A stretch of 64,000 nt of DNA from NCBI GenBank assembly GCA_963766195.1, contig CAVXYY010000018.1, positions 81,753 through 145,752 of the forward strand. The letters run 5' to 3'. Every line of letters starts with the position of its first letter. Position 1 is the stretch's first letter. Shown here piece after piece: positions 44,737-53,552 of this stretch. The translations under genes were made by a program, and so were the position numbers. The stretch comes from an uncultured Gammaproteobacteria bacterium (GTDB taxonomy: Bacteria; Pseudomonadota; Gammaproteobacteria; Xanthomonadales; SZUA-36). The notes below the pieces were generated by a model. It saw nothing but the letters and a program-made list of their open reading frames with translations. It was not told the origin of the DNA and made no database searches.

Positions 44737-45594
44737 CTAGAAACGGTTGTGCCGGTAATCGTCGAAGGCCTGCATGATTTCCTCTTTCGTGTTCATGACG
44801 AAAGGGCCGCCACGGGCCACGGGCTCATGCAGTGGTTGGGCCGAGACCAGCAGAAAGCGGGCGCCCGCGGACGTACTCACTTCAATCGCGCTTCCCGGCC
44901 CCAAGATTCCCAGCGTTCGTCGTCCCAGGCGGGTGTGTTGCCCGCCTGTTTCGAGTTCGCCGTCGATGACGAAAAGGAAAGCGTTGTCGGTGGTGTTAAC
45001 CGCCTGTGTAAATGATTCCCCGGCCGGCAGCGATACGTCCAGGTAGGTCGGGTGGACAAATTCATTCCTCACGATCCCTTCTGTTCCTTCGCTGGTGGTT
45101 CCGGCAATCACCCGGACCTCGATGCCGTTGTCCCGCACTTCCAGCGGAGTCTGTGAAGGCGGGTATTCCTGGTAGCCGGGTTCCGACATCTTGGCCCGCG
45201 CGGGCAGGTTGACCCACAGCTGAAAGCCCATCAGCAGGCCATTTTCCTGTTCCGGCATTTCAGAGTGAATGATGCCTTTACCTGCAGTCATCCACTGCAC
45301 ACCACCCGGCTCGATCACGCCTTCGTTACCGGCGTTGTCCTTGTGCCGCATGCGGCCGGCCAACAGGTAGGTCACGGTTTCGAAACCGCGGTGCGGATGA
45401 CTCGGGAAACCGCCGATATAGTCCTGTGGCTGGTCGGATTCGAAGGCGTCCAGCAGCAGGAACGGATCCAGCATGTTGAGTTCCTGCGAGCCGATCACCC
45501 GGGTCATCCTGACGCCGTCACCATCGGTGGCCGGTACCCCGGGTGTCGTGGCGACAACTTCGCGAACGATGCTCTTTTCTTCAGACCTGTTCAT
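44737..45594 (-). CDS. Pirin-family protein
   Basis: FPSHPHRGFETVTYLLAG...H.D..GN.G.I..G.VQWMTAGKGIIHSE. The start is taken at the ATG 7 nt after GGAG; the tracked ORF extends 17 codons upstream. Confidence 0.9.
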   Translation of the reverse strand: MNRSEEKSIVREVVATTPGVPATDGDGVRMTRVIGSQELNMLDPFLLLDAFESDQPQDYIGGFPSHPHRGFETVTYLLAGRMRHKDNAGNEGVIEPGGVQWMTAGKGIIHSEMPEQENGLLMGFQLWVNLPARAKMSEPGYQEYPPSQTPLEVRDNGIEVRVIAGTTSEGTEGIVRNEFVHPTYLDVSLPAGESFTQAVNTTDNAFLFVIDGELETGGQHTRLGRRTLGILGPGSAIEVSTSAGARFLLVSAQPLHEPVARGGPFVMNTKEEIMQAFDDYRHNRF

Positions 45595-45595
45595 C

Positions 45596-45982
45596 TCAAC
45601 TCCGATTTCGGTTGTCGATCGACCAGGAGCCCGCGCCGAGCGCAACGATCATCAGGAAGCCGCCGGCAATCGCCAGGTTTTTCATGAACATGATCATCTG
45701 CATCTGGTCGCCGATATTGCCATGGAACAGGATGCCGGACAGCAGGGTGAAGCCGGCCAGCAGGAACGCAGCCAGCCGCGTATGCCAGCCGAGGATGATG
45801 GCCAGGCCGCCCAGCAGTTCGAGGGCGATGACAACAGGCAACAACATACCCGGAACGCCGGCGGATTCCATGTAAGCCTGGGTGCCGGCGAAGCTGCCCA
45901 GTTTGTTGATGCCTGACAGGACAAAAATCAGCGCAATAAGGATTCGGCCTGCCGGTGCTGCCAGTGATTGAAAGGTATTCAT
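45596..45982 (-). CDS. doxX: DoxX-family membrane protein
   Basis: 128 aa with four TM helices (GRILIALIFVLSGINKL...ALELLGGLAIILGWHTRLAA...FHGN). Confidence 0.85.
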   Translation of the reverse strand: MNTFQSLAAPAGRILIALIFVLSGINKLGSFAGTQAYMESAGVPGMLLPVVIALELLGGLAIILGWHTRLAAFLLAGFTLLSGILFHGNIGDQMQMIMFMKNLAIAGGFLMIVALGAGSWSIDNRNRS

Positions 45983-46086
45983 GTTTTTCTTTCTCCGTTG
46001 GGTTGATCTATGCCTGTCATATTAACTGTTGCCTGATTAGCTAAAAATATCAATAATTACAAAATATAGTTCTGAAAAAGAGAACA

Positions 46087-47007
46087 ATGAATCCATTCGA
46101 AGAGATGCGTAACTTTATCCGCGTGGTCGAAGCCGGCAGCATCAGCAAGGCTGCGGAACAGCTGGGTATGGCCAAGTCCGGCGTCAGTCGCCGCCTGGTC
46201 GACCTGGAATCCCGGCTGGGCGTGCGCCTGCTGAACCGCACCACCCGCCGGTCCAGTCTGACCGAAGCGGGGCAGGCGTATTACCAGGGCGCGGTAAAGT
46301 TGCTGACGGACATTTCAGAGTTGGACTCGGCTACGGCCGATTCCGGCGCCCTGCTCAAAGGGACTCTGCGTTTAGCGGTGCCGTTGTCGTTCGGGCTGAG
46401 CCACTTGTCACCGGCTATCGACGAATTCCTGAAAGCACACCGGGAACTGACCATCAATATCGACTTTTCAGACCGCCATGTCGACCTGGTTGGGCAAGGC
46501 GTTGACCTTGCCATCCGCATCGCTGACCTGCGCGATTCCAACCTGCAGGCAAGGAGAATTTGTCCGATCAGGTTACTTCTGTGCGCAAGCCCTGCTTACC
46601 TGGCGCAATACGGTGTGCCGGCCGTTCCGGAAGACCTGAAAAAGCAACGGATTTTGCAATACGATATCGGGAACGCACCGGTGCTCAGACTGCAGGATCA
46701 ACTGGGGGCGGAACACGTGGTTCAGGTTAGACCGGCCATCGTCGCCAACAACGGGGATTTTCTCCGCGACATGGCCATGGCGGGGCACGGAATCATTCTC
46801 ACGCCCTCCTTCATTGCCTGGCAGGCGCTGGCAGCCGGTGACCTGGTCTCAATCATGCCGGACTACTGCCCGCCGCAGCGCAGCGCATATGCGGTCTATC
46901 CCCGCAACCGTTACCTTTCCCGGCGTGCGCGGATGTTCATTGATTTCCTGGTCGAGCGGTTCGGGGAAAATCCCTATTGGGATCAGTTTTCCCGGCACGG
47001 GCAATGA
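46087..47007 (+). CDS. LysR-family transcriptional regulator
   Basis: N-terminal HTH (FIRVVEAGSISKAAEQLGMAKSGVSRRLVDLESRLGVRLLNRTTR) and a LysR substrate domain. It is divergent from doxX-pirin-yqjG. Confidence 0.9.
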   Translation: MNPFEEMRNFIRVVEAGSISKAAEQLGMAKSGVSRRLVDLESRLGVRLLNRTTRRSSLTEAGQAYYQGAVKLLTDISELDSATADSGALLKGTLRLAVPLSFGLSHLSPAIDEFLKAHRELTINIDFSDRHVDLVGQGVDLAIRIADLRDSNLQARRICPIRLLLCASPAYLAQYGVPAVPEDLKKQRILQYDIGNAPVLRLQDQLGAEHVVQVRPAIVANNGDFLRDMAMAGHGIILTPSFIAWQALAAGDLVSIMPDYCPPQRSAYAVYPRNRYLSRRARMFIDFLVERFGENPYWDQFSRHGQ

Positions 47008-47047
47008 AGTGAGACTCCTCTATAATGAGGTTGTCTCCGGGTTTGGA

Positions 47048-47452
47048 ATGGGTCAAATGAAACAGTTGATGATCACGTGTATCACCCTCGTTTTTGCTGG
47101 AACTGCGCTCAATGTGCAGGCCGGAGAACTCGTTCGTGAGTTTTCCGGGAGCCGCAGCACCGAAACCGCGGAATTTGACGTGAAAGCGCCCTGGCTGATC
47201 GACTGGCGGGTAAACAGTGATTTTCCGAGCGCAATGGGTATCGCCGTCACCCTGGCTTATGGAGTGACCGGGTATCATGCCGGAAATGTCTTCAAAACCA
47301 AGACCCCCGGCGACGGCTTGCGCCTGATTGAAGAAAGCGGCCGCTTTAAATTCAAGGTTGACTCGGCTATTGCGAACTGGACGATAAAAGTGATCCAGCT
47401 CACGCCGGAGGAAGCAAAGCAGTACACTCCCAAAAATACGCTCAATTACTGA
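47048..47452 (+). CDS. Small exported protein of unknown function
   Basis: Signal peptide MKQLMITCITLVFAGTALNVQA, with a start at 47048 or 47057. The upstream part of the tracked ORF (from 46814) overlaps the LysR gene and is rejected. Confidence 0.55.
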   Translation: MGQMKQLMITCITLVFAGTALNVQAGELVREFSGSRSTETAEFDVKAPWLIDWRVNSDFPSAMGIAVTLAYGVTGYHAGNVFKTKTPGDGLRLIEESGRFKFKVDSAIANWTIKVIQLTPEEAKQYTPKNTLNY

Positions 47453-47467
47453 GGCGCTGCATTCCGC

Positions 47468-49306
47468 ATGTCCTTCCTGAACGAACTAAAGCGCCGAAAT
47501 GTCGTCCGCATGGGCATGCTGTACGTGGTGGCCAGTTGGGTCTTGCTGCAGATATCGGATGTGATTTTCGAACCGCTGGGTGTCCCGCCCTGGGTGTTCC
47601 GGATGATGATGAGCCTGCTGGCGCTGGGGTTTCCTTTTGCCCTGGTTTTTGCGTGGATTTTTGAGCTGACCCCGGAAGGGCTGAAACGGGAGCGGGACAT
47701 AGACCGCAGCCAGTCCATCGTTCACCAAACCGGGCACAAGATGAACACGGTGATCGTGGTCTTGTTGGTGCTGGCGATCGGCGGACTGATTGCCGACCGT
47801 TTGATCCCGGAATCCGGCGCGCCTCCTATCGAAGTGGTTGCTGTACCCGGTGCGGTGAATTTACCGGCCGAGTCCGCGGATGATGCGCTCGCCGATGCCG
47901 CAAATGAAAATTCCATAGCGGTGCTGCCGTTTGTAAATATGAGCGGCGACCCGGAAAACGAGTATTTTTCCGATGGCCTGAGCGAGGAACTCCTCAACGC
48001 CCTGGTCAAGTTGGGCGGCCTTCAGGTGACCGGGCGCACGTCGTCATTCGCCTTCAAGGGCCAGAACCAGGATTTGCGTGAAATCGGCCGTTTGCTGAAC
48101 GTCTCCAGCGTGCTGGAAGGCAGCGTACGCAAGGCCGGCAACCGGGTGCGCATCACGGCCCAGTTGATCAAGGCGTCGGATGGCTACCACCTCTGGTCAG
48201 ATTCCTTTGATCGCGAACTGGATGACATCTTCAGCATCCAGGCAGAAATTGCCGGGCAGGTCAGCAAGGCGTTGCACTTGACGCTTCTAGGCGGCGATGA
48301 GCCGACACAGGCTGTAACGGTTCCCGCCAGCGAAAATGCGGAAGCCTACGAGGAATACCTGCGCGGGATGTATGTGCTGCAGCGTAACCCCGATAACGAG
48401 GCCGGGTTGGAGCAAGCCAAAAACCATTTCACGGCTGCTCTCGAAATTGATCCCGCGTATGTGGATGCGAACTGGGGGTTATTCCTGGTCTGGGACAGGA
48501 GCAACCGCAATGGCTTCATCCCGTACCAGGAATCCATTGAAATCATGAAAACTTATGCTGCGGAGCTGGAAAGGCTGGCTCCCGACAGCGAGCATGCATT
48601 GTTCGCGGTCGCCCGCATCGCAACCAATAATTACGACTACAGGCGGGCGGCCGAGTACCTGACGGAGGCTGCCCGGCTTTATCCCGGAAGTGCCAGTATC
48701 CAAACGGCCTACGCCTCGGCGCTGCTGCTTGCAAATCCGGCCAACCGTCCGGGCAGCTCGGCAGACGCCAGGGATGAGGCCGCGCAGGCCATTGAAAAAT
48801 CCATACGGCTGGACCCACTTTCACTGGGAGCACTACGTTTCAAGGCTCTCTGGCTGCTCCAGCAAGGTGACTGCAGCGAGCTGGAAAAAACACTCAAACG
48901 CGCTTTGGATCTGGAGCCGGAAGCCGGCCGGTTTCATTACGGGCTGGCCACTTGTATTTACGCCTACGAAGGGGACGTAAACCGGGCACTGACCATTATC
49001 GAACAGGAACCGCTGCAATACGCCCGAAACAGCCTGCTGGCCATATTGCATCACAAGTTGGGAAACCAGGATTTGGCGCAGCAGTACCTTGATGAACTGT
49101 ACCTGGAAAACAGTGATGCTGCGTCCTACCAATACGGCCAGATCCACGCGCAATGGGGGGAGACGGAAACAGCGCTGATCTGGCTCGAAAATGCACTGAA
49201 AATCCGCGATCCTGGGATCATCCTGTCCATCTGGGATCCGCTCCTCGATCCATTGCGTAGTGAACCGGAATTTCAGAAAATTCTTGAGGCGGCTGGTTAC
49301 AGGTAG
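47468..49306 (+). CDS. Membrane-anchored TolB-N-like / TPR protein
   Basis: N-terminal amphipathic and TM segments. SIAVLPFVNMSGDPENEYFSDGLSEELLNALVKLGGLQVTGRTSSF...VLEGSVRKAGNRVRITAQLI, then about 300 aa of TPR repeats. Confidence 0.75.
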   Translation: MSFLNELKRRNVVRMGMLYVVASWVLLQISDVIFEPLGVPPWVFRMMMSLLALGFPFALVFAWIFELTPEGLKRERDIDRSQSIVHQTGHKMNTVIVVLLVLAIGGLIADRLIPESGAPPIEVVAVPGAVNLPAESADDALADAANENSIAVLPFVNMSGDPENEYFSDGLSEELLNALVKLGGLQVTGRTSSFAFKGQNQDLREIGRLLNVSSVLEGSVRKAGNRVRITAQLIKASDGYHLWSDSFDRELDDIFSIQAEIAGQVSKALHLTLLGGDEPTQAVTVPASENAEAYEEYLRGMYVLQRNPDNEAGLEQAKNHFTAALEIDPAYVDANWGLFLVWDRSNRNGFIPYQESIEIMKTYAAELERLAPDSEHALFAVARIATNNYDYRRAAEYLTEAARLYPGSASIQTAYASALLLANPANRPGSSADARDEAAQAIEKSIRLDPLSLGALRFKALWLLQQGDCSELEKTLKRALDLEPEAGRFHYGLATCIYAYEGDVNRALTIIEQEPLQYARNSLLAILHHKLGNQDLAQQYLDELYLENSDAASYQYGQIHAQWGETETALIWLENALKIRDPGIILSIWDPLLDPLRSEPEFQKILEAAGYR

Positions 49307-49317
49307 GCTCAAATCCC

Positions 49318-49785
49318 ATGTCTATTCACATCCACAACGAAATTGAAATAGCCGCTTCAGCGAAGGACCTGTTCAACTACGTCACGCAACCGTGGTTGTG
49401 GCATGAATGGCACCCCAGTTCGAAATCCGCGAAATCCGCGCACAGTTTTCTTGCAGCTGGTGATGAATTCACCGAGTGGGTCGAGGTTCAGCCGCTGGCC
49501 CCGCTACCCCTGAGGATGAAGCGGAACGTAGCCTACACGGTCACGGAATCGGTGCCTTTTCATACCTGGGAAGCAGCAGGCGAGATGAAGGATGGCCGCA
49601 TCCGGATTCGCTATGATTTCGAGGAAAAAGGCGGCGTGACCTTTTTTGCCCGCAGCCTGGACCTCGATATTAGCGGTCTGACCCGGATCATGCTGCCCCT
49701 GCTGAAACCGAAGATGGAGAAACTTTCGATGTTCGCGCTGACCAATCTGAAAACGCTGATGAAGGCAGAACCCGTTGAACCTTGA
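49318..49785 (+). CDS. SRPBCC (START/polyketide-cyclase-like) family protein
   Basis: 155 aa. The pattern IEIAASAKDLFNYVTQPWLWHEWHP is typical of SRPBCC N-termini. Confidence 0.7.
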   Translation: MSIHIHNEIEIAASAKDLFNYVTQPWLWHEWHPSSKSAKSAHSFLAAGDEFTEWVEVQPLAPLPLRMKRNVAYTVTESVPFHTWEAAGEMKDGRIRIRYDFEEKGGVTFFARSLDLDISGLTRIMLPLLKPKMEKLSMFALTNLKTLMKAEPVEP

Positions 49786-50776
49786 CGCGGCGGTGCTCGG
49801 TGGCGGTTCCTGGGGCACGACCGTTGCCTCCCTGATTGCGCGCAACGCGCCGGTAATGCTGTGGGCGCGGGATCAGACCACGGTCGAGGAGGTCAACACC
49901 AGCCACAGCAACAGTAAGTACCTGCCGGGTGCCCGCCTCAATTCAAAGCTGCAGGCGACATCGTCAATAAAAGAAGCAGTCTCGCAGTGCGACGTGCTGG
50001 TGATGGGTGTCCCGTCACAACACTTCAGGAGTGTGCTGGAACAGGCCAGGGAACACATCAGGCCCTGGGTGCCGGTCATCAGCCTGACCAAGGGCCTGGA
50101 ACCGGCCACAAAAATGCGCATGACTGAAGTGATCCGGGAATTGCTGCCCGGGCACCCGGTCGGCGTGTTGACGGGCCCGAACCTGGCGCGTGAAATCATC
50201 GCGGGCCAGGCTGCCGCCGGCGTGATGGCCATGGAAGATGAAATCATCGTGCGCGAACTCCAGCAACTGTTTCACAGCGGCCTGTTCCGGGTGTACACCA
50301 ATACCGACCTGGTCGGCTGTGAACTCGGCGGTGTACTGAAAAACGTCATCGCGATCGCGGTCGGCATGGGTGATGGCCTGGGCGCCGGGGACAATACCCG
50401 CTCATCCCTGATCACGCGCGGGCTGGCCGAAATCAGCCGCCTTGGCGTTGCCATGGGCGGGCGGGCGGAAACCTTTTCCGGCCTGGCCGGCATGGGTGAC
50501 CTGATTGCCACCTGCACCAGTTCGCAGAGCCGGAACCATTATGTCGGCTATGAACTGGGCAAGGGCCGGCCGATTGAAGAAATCGTTGCGGAAATGGTCA
50601 TGGTCGCAGAAGGGGTTAAAAGTGCCCCGACCGTGGCGGCCCTCGGTGAGCAATACGGCATCGAAATGCCGATCACGGGTGATGTCCTGTCCGTACTGAG
50701 GGGTGAAAGAACACCGAGACAGACTTTTCGGGGTCTGCTGATGTCTTCCGTCGGCGCGGAATCCGAACCGGGTTGA
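49775..50776 (+). CDS. gpsA: NAD(P)H-dependent glycerol-3-phosphate dehydrogenase
   Basis: VLGGGSWGTTVA dinucleotide fold, LTKGLE and GVLKNVIAIAVGM. The TTG start overlaps the upstream gene by 11 nt. Confidence 0.92.
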   Translation: MNLDAAVLGGGSWGTTVASLIARNAPVMLWARDQTTVEEVNTSHSNSKYLPGARLNSKLQATSSIKEAVSQCDVLVMGVPSQHFRSVLEQAREHIRPWVPVISLTKGLEPATKMRMTEVIRELLPGHPVGVLTGPNLAREIIAGQAAAGVMAMEDEIIVRELQQLFHSGLFRVYTNTDLVGCELGGVLKNVIAIAVGMGDGLGAGDNTRSSLITRGLAEISRLGVAMGGRAETFSGLAGMGDLIATCTSSQSRNHYVGYELGKGRPIEEIVAEMVMVAEGVKSAPTVAALGEQYGIEMPITGDVLSVLRGERTPRQTFRGLLMSSVGAESEPG

Positions 50777-50814
50777 CGGTTAATGAAACCCACCGGTTGA
50801 GCCATGATTGAAAC

Positions 50815-51339
50815 ATGAAACAGCCCAAAGCAAAGGCGCAACGTCGCACCGTTTTTCCGACCATCGCTCAACTGGCGGAACTGCCCATCCAGTTCTCCGG
50901 GGCTATACCCCCCGAATGGGAAGACCGGAACGGACATGTCAATGTCCAGTTTTACGTCGCACTCTACGAGTTGGGTGGTTGGGTGATCTTTGAAGATTCG
51001 GGTATCGACGAAGACTGGTTCCAGCAGCGGGATCTCAGCGTGTTTGATCTTGAACACCACTTGCACTTCCGCGCAGAGGTCCTGGTGGGCGACGAAGTGG
51101 TAACCTATAACCGGTTGCTGAGCCGCAACGAAAAAAGCTTTCACGGTCTGTACTTCATCGTGAACCAGACCCGCGGCCGCCTGGCCGCAACCCTTGAATA
51201 CGTGTCCGCCTGTGTGGATATGTCAACGCGGCGTATCGCGCCGTTTCCGGAACAACTGGCCGGGGTGTTGGACAGCTTGCTCGAAAAACACCGGCAGCTC
51301 GGCTGGACCGCTCCGGATTGTGGACTGATGAATGTGTAG
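50815..51339 (+). CDS. Hotdog-fold thioesterase-like protein
   Basis: 174 aa. The [19 protein letters not shown] pattern is typical of 4HBT-type thioesterases. The assignment is at family level only. Confidence 0.65.
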   Translation: MKQPKAKAQRRTVFPTIAQLAELPIQFSGAIPPEWEDRNGHVNVQFYVALYELGGWVIFEDSGIDEDWFQQRDLSVFDLEHHLHFRAEVLVGDEVVTYNRLLSRNEKSFHGLYFIVNQTRGRLAATLEYVSACVDMSTRRIAPFPEQLAGVLDSLLEKHRQLGWTAPDCGLMNV

Positions 51340-51347
51340 GAACATCG

Positions 51348-52298
51348 ATGGAATACAAGGATTATTACGACATCATGGGCGTCAAGAAGGACGCGACGCA
51401 GGACGAGATCAAGCGCAGCTATCGCAAGCTGGCCCGCAAGTATCACCCGGATGTGAGCAAGGAAGCCAACGCCGAAGCGAAGTTCAAGGAGGTCGGTGAA
51501 GCCTACGAGGTTTTGAAAGACCCGGAAAAGCGGGTGGCTTACGATCAACTGGGTTCGCAATGGAAGGCCGGGCAGGATTTCCACCCGCCTCCGGGCTGGG
51601 ACGCCGGTTTTGAATTCAGCCAGGGTGGCGGAGGCCCGGACCTTGGCAGTTTCAGCGATTTCTTCGAGGCGCTTTACGGCCGGGCGGGCCACACGGCAGG
51701 CGGCCGCAGGCCGGGTAGTCGTGGTTTCCAGATGCGGGGCGAGGATCATCACGCCAAGGTCATGGTCAACCTGGAGGACAGTTACCATGGCGCCACGCGA
51801 TCGATCACGCTGCAGGTGTCCGGCCTGGACGAAAAAGGCCGGGTCGTGACCCGGCCCCGAACGCTCAACGTGCGGATTCCCAAGGGAATACGCCGGGGTC
51901 AACAAATTCGGCTGGCGGGCCAGGGTGGCAGTGGACACGGTGGTGGCGAAGCCGGTGATTTGTACCTCGAAGTGGATTTCAACCCGGGCAGCAACTATAC
52001 GGTCGAAGGCGCCGATGTGTACCTGGACCTGCCCCTGGCACCCTGGGAGGCGGCGCTTGGCGCCACCGTCAAAGCGCCGACCCCGGCGGGATCGGTCGAT
52101 CTGAAAATTCCGCCCGGCTCGCAGGCCGGAAAAAAACTGAGACTCAAGGGCCGTGGTATTCCGGCGCGTCAGCCAGGCGATCTGTACATCGTGTTGAAAA
52201 TCGTTCTGCCTGCCGCAAAAAACGAACAGCAGCGCCAGGTCTATGAGCAAATGAAGCAGCAGTTTTCATTCAATCCCCGCGCGGGAATGGAGGTTTAA
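51348..52298 (+). CDS. cbpA: Curved-DNA-binding protein CbpA (DnaJ homologue)
   Basis: J domain [36 protein letters not shown], then the DnaJ C-terminal domains without the zinc finger. It is followed by cbpM. Confidence 0.9.
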   Translation: MEYKDYYDIMGVKKDATQDEIKRSYRKLARKYHPDVSKEANAEAKFKEVGEAYEVLKDPEKRVAYDQLGSQWKAGQDFHPPPGWDAGFEFSQGGGGPDLGSFSDFFEALYGRAGHTAGGRRPGSRGFQMRGEDHHAKVMVNLEDSYHGATRSITLQVSGLDEKGRVVTRPRTLNVRIPKGIRRGQQIRLAGQGGSGHGGGEAGDLYLEVDFNPGSNYTVEGADVYLDLPLAPWEAALGATVKAPTPAGSVDLKIPPGSQAGKKLRLKGRGIPARQPGDLYIVLKIVLPAAKNEQQRQVYEQMKQQFSFNPRAGMEV

Positions 52299-52301
52299 AC
52301 C

Positions 52302-52619
52302 ATGGCGCATTCAGAACCCTTGCGTGGGCAATTGATCGATGAAGAAACCCTGATCACGGTGGACGAACTTTGCCGTCACTGCAGGGTCGAGGTCACCGAA
52401 GTGGTCACCTTTGTGCAGGAAGGCATTCTCGACCCGGCAGACGACGTGGTGAAAGTGGAACGAGCCGACCGTTGGCAATTTCATATCAGCAGCGTCCAGC
52501 GCGTGCGAACCGTGGTTCACCTGCAGCGCGACCTGGGCGTCAACCTGGCTGGCGCGGCGCTGGCACTGGAACTGCTGGACCGGATTGCCGAGTTGGAACG
52601 TCTCAGGAGCGCATTTTAG
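52302..52619 (+). CDS. cbpM: Chaperone modulator CbpM (MerR-like)
   Basis: 105 aa, lying 3 nt after cbpA (VDELCRHCRVEVTEVVTFVQEGILDP; LGVNLAGAALALELLDRI). Confidence 0.85.
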   Translation: MAHSEPLRGQLIDEETLITVDELCRHCRVEVTEVVTFVQEGILDPADDVVKVERADRWQFHISSVQRVRTVVHLQRDLGVNLAGAALALELLDRIAELERLRSAF

Positions 52620-52661
52620 GAAGCCGAGTGCTGGTTTTAGCCGGGTACACTGCCCCACATC

Positions 52662-53552
52662 ATGCGCAAATTTGCCATCAAGCTTTTTCTGGTCCTGCTG
52701 ATCCCGGCGCTGGTTGCCTGCGGCTCATCCGGACAGTCCGGTTACCATGGCTACCTGTATTTCGCCAAGGGGGCATACCTGATGCGGTTCAGCCTTCGGG
52801 ATAGTGATTTATCCGTCGCTGCGGTCCTGGGGGAAAAAACCATTCGCGATGTCAGTTCTTTTGGCGAAAACAAGCTACTGATCGCAGAATCGGAGTCGGT
52901 TAACCGGCAGGAAGTTCATCGCATTTCCTGGGTGGATCTGAAGACTGGCCAGTTGTCGGCGTTGTATTCCGGGGTTATCGCACGATACCTGGCCAAGTCC
53001 GGTTTGCTGGTTTACGACGATGGTTTGAAATTATACGAAGTGGCGATCGCCGGCGACTCGAGCAGCGAAATCATCTTTTCCCACAGGATGAACCAGATTT
53101 CCTCGGTGATGGTGGTTTCAGACAACATCGTGTTGTTCGAAACGATCGAGGCCGGGCAGCCGGTCATTCGATCGTACGACGTGGTCACTGGCGCATTACA
53201 GACGCTGGATTCGTTATCCACGCTATGCCGGCTGGAGCACGCGGTCTGGATCGATGACTTCGAACAACTGGCCTGCAAGCAGCAGACGAAACAGGCCAGT
53301 GACGCGCATTATCTTCTGGTGAACCTGGATGGTGAACAGGGTGGCAGCCTGCCGCTGCCTGAGGGCAAACGGTTCGACGCACTGGCATACGTCAGTGGCC
53401 AGGGCGCCCTGATTCTGACCGAGAGCTGGCGCGGCCTGTTCGGCGGCGAAGAGCGGTCATCGGTCTGGGTTTATGACATCCACAGCGGAGAAAGCCACCG
53501 CCTGGCTAAAAATCAGAACCTCGGATCATCGGTGGTATACACCGACTACTGA
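52662..53552 (+). CDS. Lipoprotein of unknown function (beta-propeller-like)
   Basis: Lipobox LVAC followed by repeated beta-strand-rich segments. No family recognised. Confidence 0.6.
   Translation: MRKFAIKLFLVLLIPALVACGSSGQSGYHGYLYFAKGAYLMRFSLRDSDLSVAAVLGEKTIRDVSSFGENKLLIAESESVNRQEVHRISWVDLKTGQLSALYSGVIARYLAKSGLLVYDDGLKLYEVAIAGDSSSEIIFSHRMNQISSVMVVSDNIVLFETIEAGQPVIRSYDVVTGALQTLDSLSTLCRLEHAVWIDDFEQLACKQQTKQASDAHYLLVNLDGEQGGSLPLPEGKRFDALAYVSGQGALILTESWRGLFGGEERSSVWVYDIHSGESHRLAKNQNLGSSVVYTDY

Noticed and set aside
51141-52250. 369-aa ORF on the minus strand
   Set aside because: It is antisense to cbpA, whose J domain is unmistakable. Its composition is Arg/Ala/Gly-rich and low in complexity, typical of a GC-rich shadow frame.
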